From Basidiobolus meristosporus CBS 931.73 (lineage: Eukaryota; Fungi; Basidiobolomycota): DNA of 53,036 bases. Below the pieces are notes generated by a model. That model was not told where the DNA came from, did no database searches, and saw nothing but the letters and a program-made list of their open reading frames with translations. Of this stretch, positions 12,816-23,050 are shown piece by piece (within the stretch, counting starts at the first letter, position 1; each line of letters begins with the position of its first letter). The stretch lies in the NCBI GenBank assembly GCA_002104905.1, contig MCFE01000611.1, positions 1-53,036 on the forward strand, read 5' to 3'. Made by a program: the position numbers and the translations under genes.

Positions 12816-12826
12816 TGGAGTTTCCC
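12782..12826 (-). promoter_or_regulatory. -1 programmed ribosomal frameshift signal at the gag/pol junction of element B
   Basis: G GGA AAC in the gag frame (12826-12820), 6-nt spacer, perfect 11-bp stem GTCCAGTTGCA/TGCAACTGGAC with a 10-nt loop containing the gag TGA. Confidence 0.8.
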
Positions 12827-13730
12827 AACAGATCTGAGTCAGGTTGGTTACTGGAGGACTGCATCAGCTTGTAGCTGGACTGCTTGCTGGGGCAGGACTT
12901 GGCAAAGTGACCTGGTTGGCCACAGTATAGACAGAGGTTGGCTTGTTGACATCTGGACTTTTCACTCTTTGATAGTTTCTTGTATTTGGCACTATCAATC
13001 TGCATAGGATCTTCTGGAGTGACTTGGGGAGCAGGAGGGGCTGGGACTGCAACAGGAATGTGTCTTTGACGGTTCTTTTGCTTCTTCTGGAATAGTCTGT
13101 TGTCACACCGGATTGCTTGGTGCATAGCTTCAACCAATGTACCTGGATCTGGGAGTAGGAGTAGCAGATCACAGACTTCATCATTAAGGCCATCTTGGAA
13201 TTAGCTTATCAAGGCTGCTTGACCTCAGGAGCTGAGGTCCCTGGAGAGTTGTCAGAGTTCTGAGGCATAGACTGATGCTGGTTTGTTCCCTTGTTTGAGG
13301 GTCTTGATCTTGTTGGCAGAAGTTCTGGCTTGGTCAAGGTTACCAAATGTTAGCTCCATTTCAGTGAGAAAAGCTTGGTAGTCTCTGAGGAGGGGAGAGT
13401 TGGTCTCCACTAATGGGGAGAACCGCTTGAGAGATGTACCAGTAAGCAGGTTGGAGAGGAAACCAACTTTGGCCTGGTCAGTGGGGTACTGGTTGGTCTG
13501 GAGTGCAAGATTGTTCTTTACCATGTTGATGAAGCCGCGGAATTCATTCTGAGAGCCATTGGACTTGGTAGCAGGAGTATACTTGGGTTCTTGGTAGACT
13601 GGGACATGGCTAGTCTGCGGACATTTTGGTTCTGGAACTGAGCAAAAGTGTTTTTGATGTCTGCATGGTCTTGCTGCAGTTGGGTAAAAGCAGCCATGAG
13701 CTGGGCAAAGTTCAGCTCCAGGTTGGACAT
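12799..13730 (-). pseudogene. gag: Element B gag (Ty3-type capsid and CCHC knuckle)
   Basis: MSNLELNFAQL..., YPTDQAKVGFLSNLLTG...FLTEMELTFG, DPMQID...CLYCGQPGHFAKSC. Frameshifted. Confidence 0.9.
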
Positions 13731-14123
13731 GGTAGCAGAGAAAGGCGGATGAACTTGCAAGGAATACTGGAATATACTATACTGTGTTGTGGGTTTGTAA
13801 AGCCACTAGTATGTCAAGAATACAACTATTGAGCCACAATCCCCAACTTAAATAAGTTAGCATCACTTCAGAAGGTACTGGTTTCAACATCCTTTGATAG
13901 AGTATTGTACTAAAGCTTCCAATACTGTAACAACTGTAAACTCCACCAGCAGGGTAATAAAGTGAATGCAGCTTTGACCAATAGTCTTACAAAGATAAAG
14001 TATCTTTGCCTTTATAGGACAAGACTAGGGAAAGATGATGGGTTATACCTAAGGTGAGTATTCCTTTTACAAGTTTTCTTCAAACTTTGGGCAGAAGGCA
14101 GGGATCCACAGGTAAGTCAGGAG

Positions 14124-14134
14124 AGTCTGATAAA
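14124..14134 (-). promoter_or_regulatory. Self-priming PBS of element B
   Basis: Minus strand TTTATCAGACT, 2 nt after the 5' LTR, with no TGG. It is perfectly complementary to the LTR segment 14242-14252. Confidence 0.8.
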
Positions 14135-14136
14135 AC

Positions 14137-14644
14137 TGTTATGAATAGACACAAGGCAGGAGAGTAGAGCTAGGCAAGGCAGGACCAGGAAAGGACTTAG
14201 GTGTGGATCATCAAGGCAAGGCTGTTTATTCAAGACCTGTGTTTATCAGACTGAGTAATACTTAAGGGGAATAGGACTATATATACTTTTTGGTTATACT
14301 GATGCCAAGAGATATTGGCTAATACTAATGGGGTTGTGGGGTGAGGCGCAGCACTGTGCTGGGAATAATAATATAGAAGGCAAGGTACTGAAACAGGATG
14401 GGGAAATGGATGGGTCACCTGATCATGTGACTAGGTCATGTGATCTGGTATTTCCATATATGGTACTGGACTATGAAAAATACGATGGGAAGCTTCCATG
14501 GAATGTTCAATTGTGTAACAATGGTTTGGAATGGTCAGGAACTTTCTGGAAGGTGGTAGGAGGTTCCAGAAGGAATCTCTTAGAAATTCAGCTAGGAAGC
14601 TGAAACTTGGCATGGGTGTTCATGGCTATCATGTGATCATGAGA
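14137..14644 (-). repeat. 5' LTR of element B (508 bp)
   Basis: Direct repeat of 8788-9315, followed on the minus strand by the self-priming PBS and the gag leader. Confidence 0.95.
14242..14285 (-). promoter_or_regulatory. Predicted TATA box and transcription start of element B
   Basis: TATATATA at 14278-14285 lies 26-33 nt upstream (minus strand) of 14252, the first base of the PBS-complementary 11-mer. Confidence 0.65.
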
Positions 14645-14648
14645 CCAA

Positions 14649-15229
14649 TGTTACAAGTCTTGGTATAAGAGTTGTAGAGGAATAGAGAGTTTAGCTAGTA
14701 TTATATTCACTAAAACTTGAACTGATTTTTATTGAGGTTCCAGCAGCTTCTTACATATATTTTGCCAGATCAATTGCTGACTAATTGTATTTCCTAATGT
14801 AGGTTGTGGCTGATGACTCATCTGATTGCATCATCATCACCCAATAAGATCCTACTTAATGGACTTGTTCCATCATTCCAGCTGATCATAGTGCCCAATA
14901 GTGCCAAAGCATGCCAGATGGTGCCTGATCATGCCACAGAGTGCCAGATGGTGCCATATAGTGCCAATTTGGGATCAAAATTAACATGCATATGACCCTA
15001 AAATATCAAATTAATTACAAAATATACAGCACTTTCTGGCACTATGATCAATGGCGCAATGGAACAAGTCTAATATATCTATTTCTGTCTGATAAGGATC
15101 TGCTGATTCATTTGCTGACTAATGCTACTGATTTCATAGATAATACTGATATACTGCTAACCTAAGCATATACTAATTGATTTGACTAAAAACTGATCTA
15201 ACTTAAACATTCAAGTGCAGATCATAAGA
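14649..15229 (-). repeat. 5' LTR of element A, containing a MITE
   Basis: 581 bp = 367 bp LTR + 209 bp MITE + 5 bp duplication. The terminal CA is mutated to GA. Confidence 0.95.
14862..15070. mobile_element. MITE (209 bp), GACTTGTTCCAT TIR family
   Basis: TIR GACTTGTTCCAT/ATGGAACAAGTC. Flanks TAATG/TAATA. Absent from the two other LTR-A copies, where the empty site reads CCTACTTAATATATCT. Confidence 0.92.
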
Positions 15230-17400
15230 CTTTGAAAGCAGCTCTCCAATGCCAACATGATGTATTTACTGCTACTACATGAGAGGCTTGTAGTGGTATT
15301 TGAATGGCACTTTTACCAGCACTAGCCAGAGCATATGGTTCTCTGCCTGCCATAGCAGAAACTTGATATAATAACAACAAAGAGTGTAAAGACTATTTGT
15401 CTATGCTTCATACTCTGGGAGCTTCATAAAGAGTTGATATGTAGCAAGGCAGGAAGAGGAGATAAAATGCAAGCACTCCCATATACAAACTTGATCAAGA
15501 ATATCACATCATTATCCAAGATGCATGTGATGATTTGTTATTTGAAGAACAGTGATGACAGAGTGAAAGAAAGCAAGAATAGGCTCACACATGCATATAT
15601 ATACAAATATATGATAGTGAAGAAAAATCTGCTAAAAAAATGGGTGAAAGGTCAAGGCAGCCAGAGCTATAGTTGATGCTACCAATGATAAATTTATTGA
15701 TAGGAAAGCTTCAGGTCAGTATTCCAGATAGCTGCTGGTCACAGGCAAGATTCTACACCTTCTTACATGGTGTTCACTAATGGGAGATAGTTCAAATGGT
15801 GCTGACAGCTGAAAGGTACTAATAACATGATAGACTTGTTCCATTAGATAGTGCCACATTGAGCCATGAGTGCCAAATACTGCCAAATAGTGTCATCGTG
15901 TGCCAGAGAGGATATAGCAGACCTAAGCTTGGACACAGAGTGTGAAACATAGCTCTGCATCTTCATGTAAAGCAGCCACTTTGTTTTGCATATCATGCTA
16001 GAAAAAATCAATTTTTTGACTTTTTTTTGGATCAAAGTTGTGCAAGATTCAGAAGAGCTAAAAAGATTGAACACATGCATCTGGTACTCAGTACTCATGG
16101 CACTCTGAATCTAGCTCCTGTGGTATGTATCATGTCACAAAGATGCATGGCACTATCCCGGTCCACTGGAACTATCTGGAACTATAAGTTCTTAGTATAG
16201 GTTTTACTTTAGGGCTAATATTTAAATATAATGTTTGATAGCACTAGTGGACCAAGATAGTGCCACGTACCTCTGTGTCATGATACAAGCCACAGCAGCT
16301 AGATCTGGAGTGCCATGGGTATTGAGTACCAGATACATGTCTTCAACTCTTTTGAGCTCTTACACATCCTGCACAACTTTGATCCAAACAAAAGGTCAAA
16401 AAATGGATTTTCTCCAGCATGATGTGTGAAACACAGGGCTGCTTTGGATGAATATGAAGAGCTGTGTTTCACACTCTGTGGCCATGTAAAGGTACTCTTG
16501 GCCTCCCTGGCATACTATGGCATCATTTGGCACTCATGGCTCAACTTGGCACTATCCAATGGTACAAGTCTAATATTCTCCATTGAAGATATCTTCAAAT
16601 ATATGTGATTGCTCAAGGTGTAAACTGTACAACTTAACTTGGCAGTATTCATTTGATTGCATCAAAGTTTTCAGATGGGGTATCATTGGAATATATCTAG
16701 AAAATGAATACTGGCTGCCACTATTGGCAGTAAATCCATGCAAGTTTGATACTTGGTAAAAGCATCATACTTTGATGATAATGCCATATAGCCATTAATA
16801 CCTGATGGTTTTAGTACTAGCCTTGAGTGACATGTAGCCAGTCTCATTATATCTCTCCAATTCTATCACATTAGTTGCTTCTTGCCAAGTGGCAAAACTT
16901 CAGCAAGCAGCAGCAGTAAGTCCTCAGACCTCTGTTACTAATGAAAGTGGAAACATGCCATTTCACTGACTTCTTAATATCATATTTGTGCAGAAAAACA
17001 ATGGCCATGTTTTTTGAAGCATTCTTCATGCTGTATTTGAGTTTAATGTCTAAAAAGCTTGCTACAGTAGTATCATGGTTTCTTATTATGTAGTCTATAT
17101 TATTTCATGCAAAGCAGTTGCTGCCTTGAGGGAGAATTGATCAACAATAACCATTATGGCACTACTATCTTATTTTTGAGCTGGACATTTTACTTGTTTT
17201 AAACTGTCCCATATATGCAGCATTATCACCATGTAAAAGCTAGAAATATACCTTGCAATGTTTGAATAACAATTTGCTCAAAACACACTCACTTATTAAA
17301 AACTATGTGAGAGAGTGGTCATAAGCATATACAGATCCCTTATGTTTTGTGTTAAAAGAAAATTGAATCCATGCTATGGTGAAAAACATGGTAAAATTTG
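15230..17400 (+). pseudogene. CACTA-like transposase, C-terminal part (continues 2800-4231; interrupted by a MITE)
   Basis: The reading continues across the TSD (KMFL*KQLSNANMMY...). MQALPYTNLIKNI matches the minus-strand copy at 51 kb (FPMEWMCG...AISYTNLIKNI). The end coordinate is approximate. Confidence 0.65.
15833..16570. mobile_element. Foldback MITE (738 bp) of the same TIR family
   Basis: Inverted arms at ~15833-16176 and ~16237-16570 around a 60-bp AT-rich spacer. Termini GACTTGTTCCATT/AATGGTACAAGTC. Flanks TGATA/TAATA. Confidence 0.92.
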
Positions 17401-17429
17401 AAAATCTACTTCCCCCATGATTTCATTAA

Positions 17430-19100
17430 TAGGCTCTTAGTTATCTCATTTTTTCTTTTCAAACCTCAGATAATTCTCATTACTTCCTTGTATGGACTGG
17501 TACATAAGACTAGTGATTCTATTGTGCCTTTCCCAACCTTACACTCAATTAGTAGCTTTATCAAGACCTACCCTCCCAATAGCCTTGTGCCTGCTTTTTT
17601 CCACTCCTTCCCATACATGTTCTGAGCAGTGGAGACTTCCATGTACAGTGCAGTACTTTGGCTAGTGACTCCATTAGCTCTCCACAAAGCTTGTATGTGT
17701 TTACTCACTCATTTCATTAAAGACCCTCTGGAGTAATCTGGAGTATATTGTTGACCTACAAACTCTACTATGGCCATTTGGATCACTTTGCATCTTTGTT
17801 GCTAGGTAGAATCTCTAAACAACTGCCTGTAGTAGGCTTGTTCTCATTCCCCACAAGTTCTCTAGCATCTTCAGACAATTGCTCAGTGCAGTATTTAAGG
17901 GGTTATAGTCATTCAAACATTGAAGACTCAAAACTCACATGGCTTATAAGCTTGAAATAATTTGTAACATTCAAACACATACAATTTTTGATCCAGCCAA
18001 TCAAATTAGATCTCATTTTCACAGGTGCTGCAACTATATCCACTCAGACTAAACACAAATATCAGCTTTGCAGCAGGTGTATATCACATGCAATCACTTG
18101 CAGAGCTTGATCCTACAGGGATTTCATATACATAATCCATCCAGCTATTTTTTCAGTAAGTTCTACAGACCAAACTACAGCTCTTCTACAGACTTTGACC
18201 TTGTTTGGTTTGATGGAAAAGTCCCCTTTGGGTGACCCAATTATGTTAAAGAAACTCCTTTAGACACCCCTTTGGGTGTAAAGTCCTCATTAGAAGCCCT
18301 CTACAGCAGGCCCATGTGAGATCTCTTTAAGAAATCCTCAAGGTTAATGCAGAGTTGGGAATTTTCAAATAAGGAAGCTTGTTTCCAGTAAAGATATTTA
18401 TTTGCAAACAAGGAGTTTGTCCATTGTAGGAAATAAGCCAATTTGTCAAGAAACATCTAATAATAGCTAGCAGAGCAATTTACAGCCCTTCTCAGCTGAA
18501 GCTCATAAAGTACACTGAAAGTGAAAGTATTATCTTCTATCAAAGTATTAAAACTCCCAAATTACATGAAATCCAGTATACACATATAGGAAGTTGTAAA
18601 TTTTCAGATTAGTGTCAAAGGACTTATTTACATTCTGGCCTTTTACTAGCTACTAGCTACTGCTATGCCACTTGTTGGGAACTGTCTGCCATACCAGAGT
18701 CAGGCTCTTTATAACTTAACATTTCCTTGTATAATGGTTCCTGGTTTACTGTCTTGGATAGTGTCTATACTTCATAAGATATTTTCAAAGTAGTTTAATG
18801 CCAGTCCAGGACCAGTATGCATGCCTGAATCCAGGATAGTATGAATGAATCTGCTCTAGTACCAGATGTTTTTCTTTGGGGGGCTCATTGTCCAAACCCT
18901 TTTCCAATCCTTACACAATATCATATCTAATATCAGGAGTCTTCTCAATACTAGTCTTCTCTTTATCAGTGCATTTAAAGGCATCTTGTGTATTCAATAT
19001 CTTGTGATATCTGGGCTTGGGTATGTATACTATTCTCTCTGCTGCCAAAGCAAGCTTCTGAATTACTGAACTTTGATTTATGCAGGTTATGGTGCTTGGC
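17430..19100 (-). pseudogene. Decayed ORF of unknown function next to the CACTA transposase (putative accessory ORF)
   Basis: Colinear with 51730-52900. Shared peptide PKEKHLVLEQIHSYYPGFRHAYWSWTGIKLL*KYL vs PQEKHMALNEFHSQYPGFKHANGSWAGIELF*KYL. Confidence 0.5.
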
Positions 19101-19459
19101 TCTGATGAATCTGGCTTTCAAATTCTTTTTGGTAGAATTTATAGGCTAATGAGGCCAAATAATAGAGCATAGTGGGATTAGTAATTTGATGGGAGGTGCA
19201 ACAAGCCTATATAAATTGTTTACTGTGGTTTAAAGTCAACCCATCTAGGCTTTATAAGATACCAATGACTTGTACATGAGAATATCCAAGCCTGCAACAA
19301 CTCAGCTAAAAGCAATATATCAGCACCATTGTGCTGATCATGAAATATATTACCCTCATGAACACAGCTGCTTTAACAAAATAGCAAAGACAAATAGAGA
19401 AAAGACTTATCAAAAGTTCCTGCCCCTGGAATAGTGATCCAATACAAAAATAGAGATTT

Positions 19460-22400
19460 AGGATGGGCCTGGAGTGAAGTGGCTGACATCAAGGACCTGG
19501 GCATAGTGAGACCAGTTCAGATCTACCTTGGTCCTGGTGATAAATTTTGGGATCTAAAACCTTTATCAAGGTGCCAATAATTTTGATCATGCATATTGCT
19601 CCATGTAACAACAGTGGAAGTCCAGGGCCTAGGCAAGGTAATGTAACTGAGATATAGAGCCTTGGTCTAGATGCTGAAGGTTGTAATATTGAATATTGCT
19701 CAATCTCATGAGAATTGAGATCTGAAACTTGGGTCCAGGTGCTGAAAGTTGTAACTATGCATATTGCTCAATGTAATGAAACTGGGAATCCAGTGCCATG
19801 GCATTATGATGCAAGTTGAGACCTCAGACCTGAGTCCATGTGCTGAAAGTTGTGATCATTGACATTGCTCAGTATTATGAAAGTTAGTATTCAGGACTTG
19901 CACCTGGTAATATAAAATGATATCAAGGACCTTGACTAAGGTGCTGGAAGTTGCAATCTTGGATATTACTCAATGCAAGGGTAGTTGATCTCCAGGACCT
20001 TTGCATAATGATGAAGGGTGGCATCCAACAACTTGGTCCAGATGCAGAAAGTTAAAATACTGGATATTGCTCAATTTCTTGAGCATACAAATTCAGGACC
20101 AGGGCATGTAATGTAGGTTTAAATCTAAGAAATAGTCCAGTTCCTGAAAGTTGCAATCTTACATACTGCTCAATGTAATGAGGGTTGATAGCCAGGACCT
20201 TAGCTGAGGCAATAAGAGCCAAGATCTAAGACCTAAATACAGGTGATAAAAGTTGTGATGTTGTACCTGGGCTCAAGGTGTTGAAAGTTGTGTTGTTGGA
20301 TGTTACTTTTTTTAATAAGATTTGATATCCAGGACCTGTGAATAGCAATACAAGCTAAGATTTAGAACTTGGGTCCAAGTGTTAAAAGTTGAGGTCTAGG
20401 ACCTGGGTGCTGCAAGCTGTAGTTGATGATACTGCCCAATGTTTTGAGCGCTAGTATCCAGAACCTGGGTCAAGGTGCCAAAAGTTGACATCTAGGGCCT
20501 GGATTCAGGTGATGAAAGTTGAGATGTAGGACCAGGGCTCAAGGTGCTAAAACCCAAATTGTTGGATATTGCTCAATTTAATGAGATTTGGTATCCAGGA
20601 AATGGACATAGTAATGCAAGCTAAAATCTAGGACCTGGGTCCAAGTGAGGAAGGTTGAGACTTACAACTATGGCCAAGGCACTAGAAAAAGTTATCTTAT
20701 ATACTGCACCACTCAATGATAGTTAATATCACAGCTCAGGACATAATAATAATGCAACAGATCTACCTGGGTACCAATGATTAATGTTAGATCTATAACT
20801 CTGTCAAGGTGGCAAAAGTTTTAATCTTTGATACTGCTCATTATAACAAGTATATACCAGACATAGCCAATTTGTTGCAATCTAAGATATAAAATCTTAG
20901 TCAAGATGCTGAAAATTATAATAATGGATATTCATAGACCTAGGCAATGTGATGTATTGTGAGATCTACAACTGGAGTCAAAGTGTGTAATGTTAAGATT
21001 ATGCATATTGCTCAATGCAATAGGTGCTAATATCCAAGACCAATGTCAAGGTGCTGAAAGTAGATATCTAGGATCTGAGCAGGCATGATGATTGGTAAGA
21101 TCTTGAGCTGGGGTCCAGGTGACAAAATTTGATATGTACAACCCTTGTTCAAGTAGCTGAAAGTTGAAATTGTGGATATTACTCAATAAGATGAGGGTTG
21201 ATATCAAGGACAGGGTTAAGGTGCTTAAACTTCATATCCAAGACCTGAGCTTAGATGATCACAGCTAGGATCTTGAACCTGTGTATATGTACTCTGAGAT
21301 ACAAGACCAGGTCTGAAGGTGCTAAAAGCAAAGCTGTTGAATATTGCTCAATTTATTGATATTTTGTATCTAGAACCTGAGCTTGGTAATGCAAGCTAAG
21401 ATCCCAGGCCAGGTTTCAAGGTGCTAAAAGCTAAGCTGTTGAATATTGCTCAATGTAATGACATTTTGTACCTAGAACCTCAGCTTGGTAATGCAAGCTA
21501 CGATCCCAGACCTGGGTCCAAGTGATGAAAGCTGAGATGCAGGACCAGGGTCTGGGTGCTGAAAGTTTGGGATATTACTTGATACAATGAGGGTTACTAT
21601 CCAGGACCAGGTTAAAGGGTTGAAGGTAGATATCTGGTACCTGAGTATAGGTGATGATAGCTAATATCCTGAGCCTGGGCCCAGGTCATGAAACTTGACA
21701 TGCGGGACCTGGGTTCAAGATGTTGAAAGTTGTAATGTTGAGTATTGCCCAAATCAATCAGGGTTGATATCCAGGATTTAGACATGGCAGTGCAGGCTAA
21801 GATTTAGAACCTTGGTCCAAATTATGAAAGTGGAGATATAGGATGTGGGTTCAGGTGCAGAAAGTAAAGCTTTGGATATTTCTCCACAAAATGTGGGTTG
21901 TCTTCCAGGACCTTTGTCCAAGTGAAGAGGGCATTGATGTAGAACCTGGTTTAAGGTGATGAAAGTAGGAATGTAGGACCTGGGCTCAAGGTACCTAAAG
22001 TTATAATGTTGGATATAGTGCAATTTGATTATATTTCATTTCTAAAACCTGAGCATGGTAATGCAAGCTAATAACATGGACCTGGGTCTAAGCAATAAAA
22101 GGTCATATATAAAACCTATGTTCAATTTGTGAAATTTGAAATTTTGAATATTGCTTATTAAATAAGGGTTGATATCTGGACCAGGATCAAGGTGCTGAAG
22201 GTGGATATCTTGGACCTGGTTATAGGTGATAATAGCCAAGATTGTGAACCTATGTTGGGGTGATAAATGTAAAGATGTAGGACCTGAGTTCAAGGTGCCA
22301 GAAGGTGAAATATTCAATATTGCTCAGTTTAATCAGAGTTGACATCCAGAACCCAGACATGCTAATGCAACCTAAGATCCAGGACCCGGGTTGAAGTGAT

Positions 22401-23050
22401 GAAAGTTTAGATCTAGGACCTGGGTCCAGGTGCTGAATGATGACAAGTTTGACTCTGCTCAAGAAATTGAGGAGTATCATCCATAACCTAGGTGTAGATG
22501 ATAAGGAAAGAGATTTCAAACCTGGGCTCAAGATGCTGGATGTTTACATGTCAGATACTGCCCTATTAAATGAGATTTGTTATCCAGGACCTAGGTACAG
22601 GTGCTGAAGGATAACAGCCATGACCTGGGACCATGTGCTGAAGGATGAGACCTAGGACCTTGGAACCGGTGCTGAAAGTTGAGAACTAGGACCCAGGTCC
22701 TGGTGCCAAAGGTTGAGATCTAGGTTGTGGGTCCTGGTGTTGAAGGAAGTAATTTGAGACCTGGGCCCAGCTGCTGAAGGATAAAATCCATGACTTGGGT
22801 ACAGGTACTGAAGGTTGAGATCTAGGACCTGGATCCTGGTGCTGAAGGTTGAAATCTACAACTTGCATCTTGGTAACCCAGACCTTTATCCAAGTTCTTA
22901 AATTTGAGATTTAGGGCCTGGGTCCAGATGCTGATGGTGGACATTTTGGACATTGCTCAAAAAAATGAGGAGTTTCATCCACAACCTAGGTCTGGGAGAT
23001 AAGGGAAGAGACATGGGCTCCAGATGCCAGAGGTTGTCATGTCACATATT
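19460..23050 (+). repeat. Degenerate satellite, mosaic of 34-bp and ~64-bp related units
   Basis: Recurrent AGGACCTGGGTCCAGGTGCTGAAAGTTG and ATATTGCTCAAT motifs, highly diverged. Confidence 0.85.

Larger units (their letters stand above)
8788..14644 (-). mobile_element. Ty3/Gypsy chromovirus B (Tf1/Tcn1-like), full length, decayed
   Basis: LTRs at 8788-9315 and 14137-14644 (~97% identical). 5-bp TSD CCAAT at 8783-8787 and 14645-14649. Domain order gag-PR-RT-RH-INT-chromodomain. Confidence 0.95.
4232..15229 (-). mobile_element. Full-length Ty3/Gypsy LTR retrotransposon A (decayed), hosting element B and a MITE
   Basis: Paired LTRs at 4232-4599 and 14649-15229. 4-bp TSD CTTT at 4228-4231 and 15230-15233. 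Domain order gag-PR-RT-RH-INT on the minus strand. Confidence 0.95.

Noticed and set aside
14630-14648. TGGTCTCATG read as the PBS of element A
   Set aside because: It is the CCAAT TSD plus the end of LTR-B. The real PBS is at 8770-8787.
18215-18280. Short CCCTTTGGGTG duplication and 6-bp hairpin
   Set aside because: Too short to distinguish from chance in decayed TE sequence.
2663-19436. CACTATTC...GAATAGTG as termini of the CACTA element
   Set aside because: Only an 8-bp match, and the flanks (CTT/ATC) are not a TSD, so it is likely chance.
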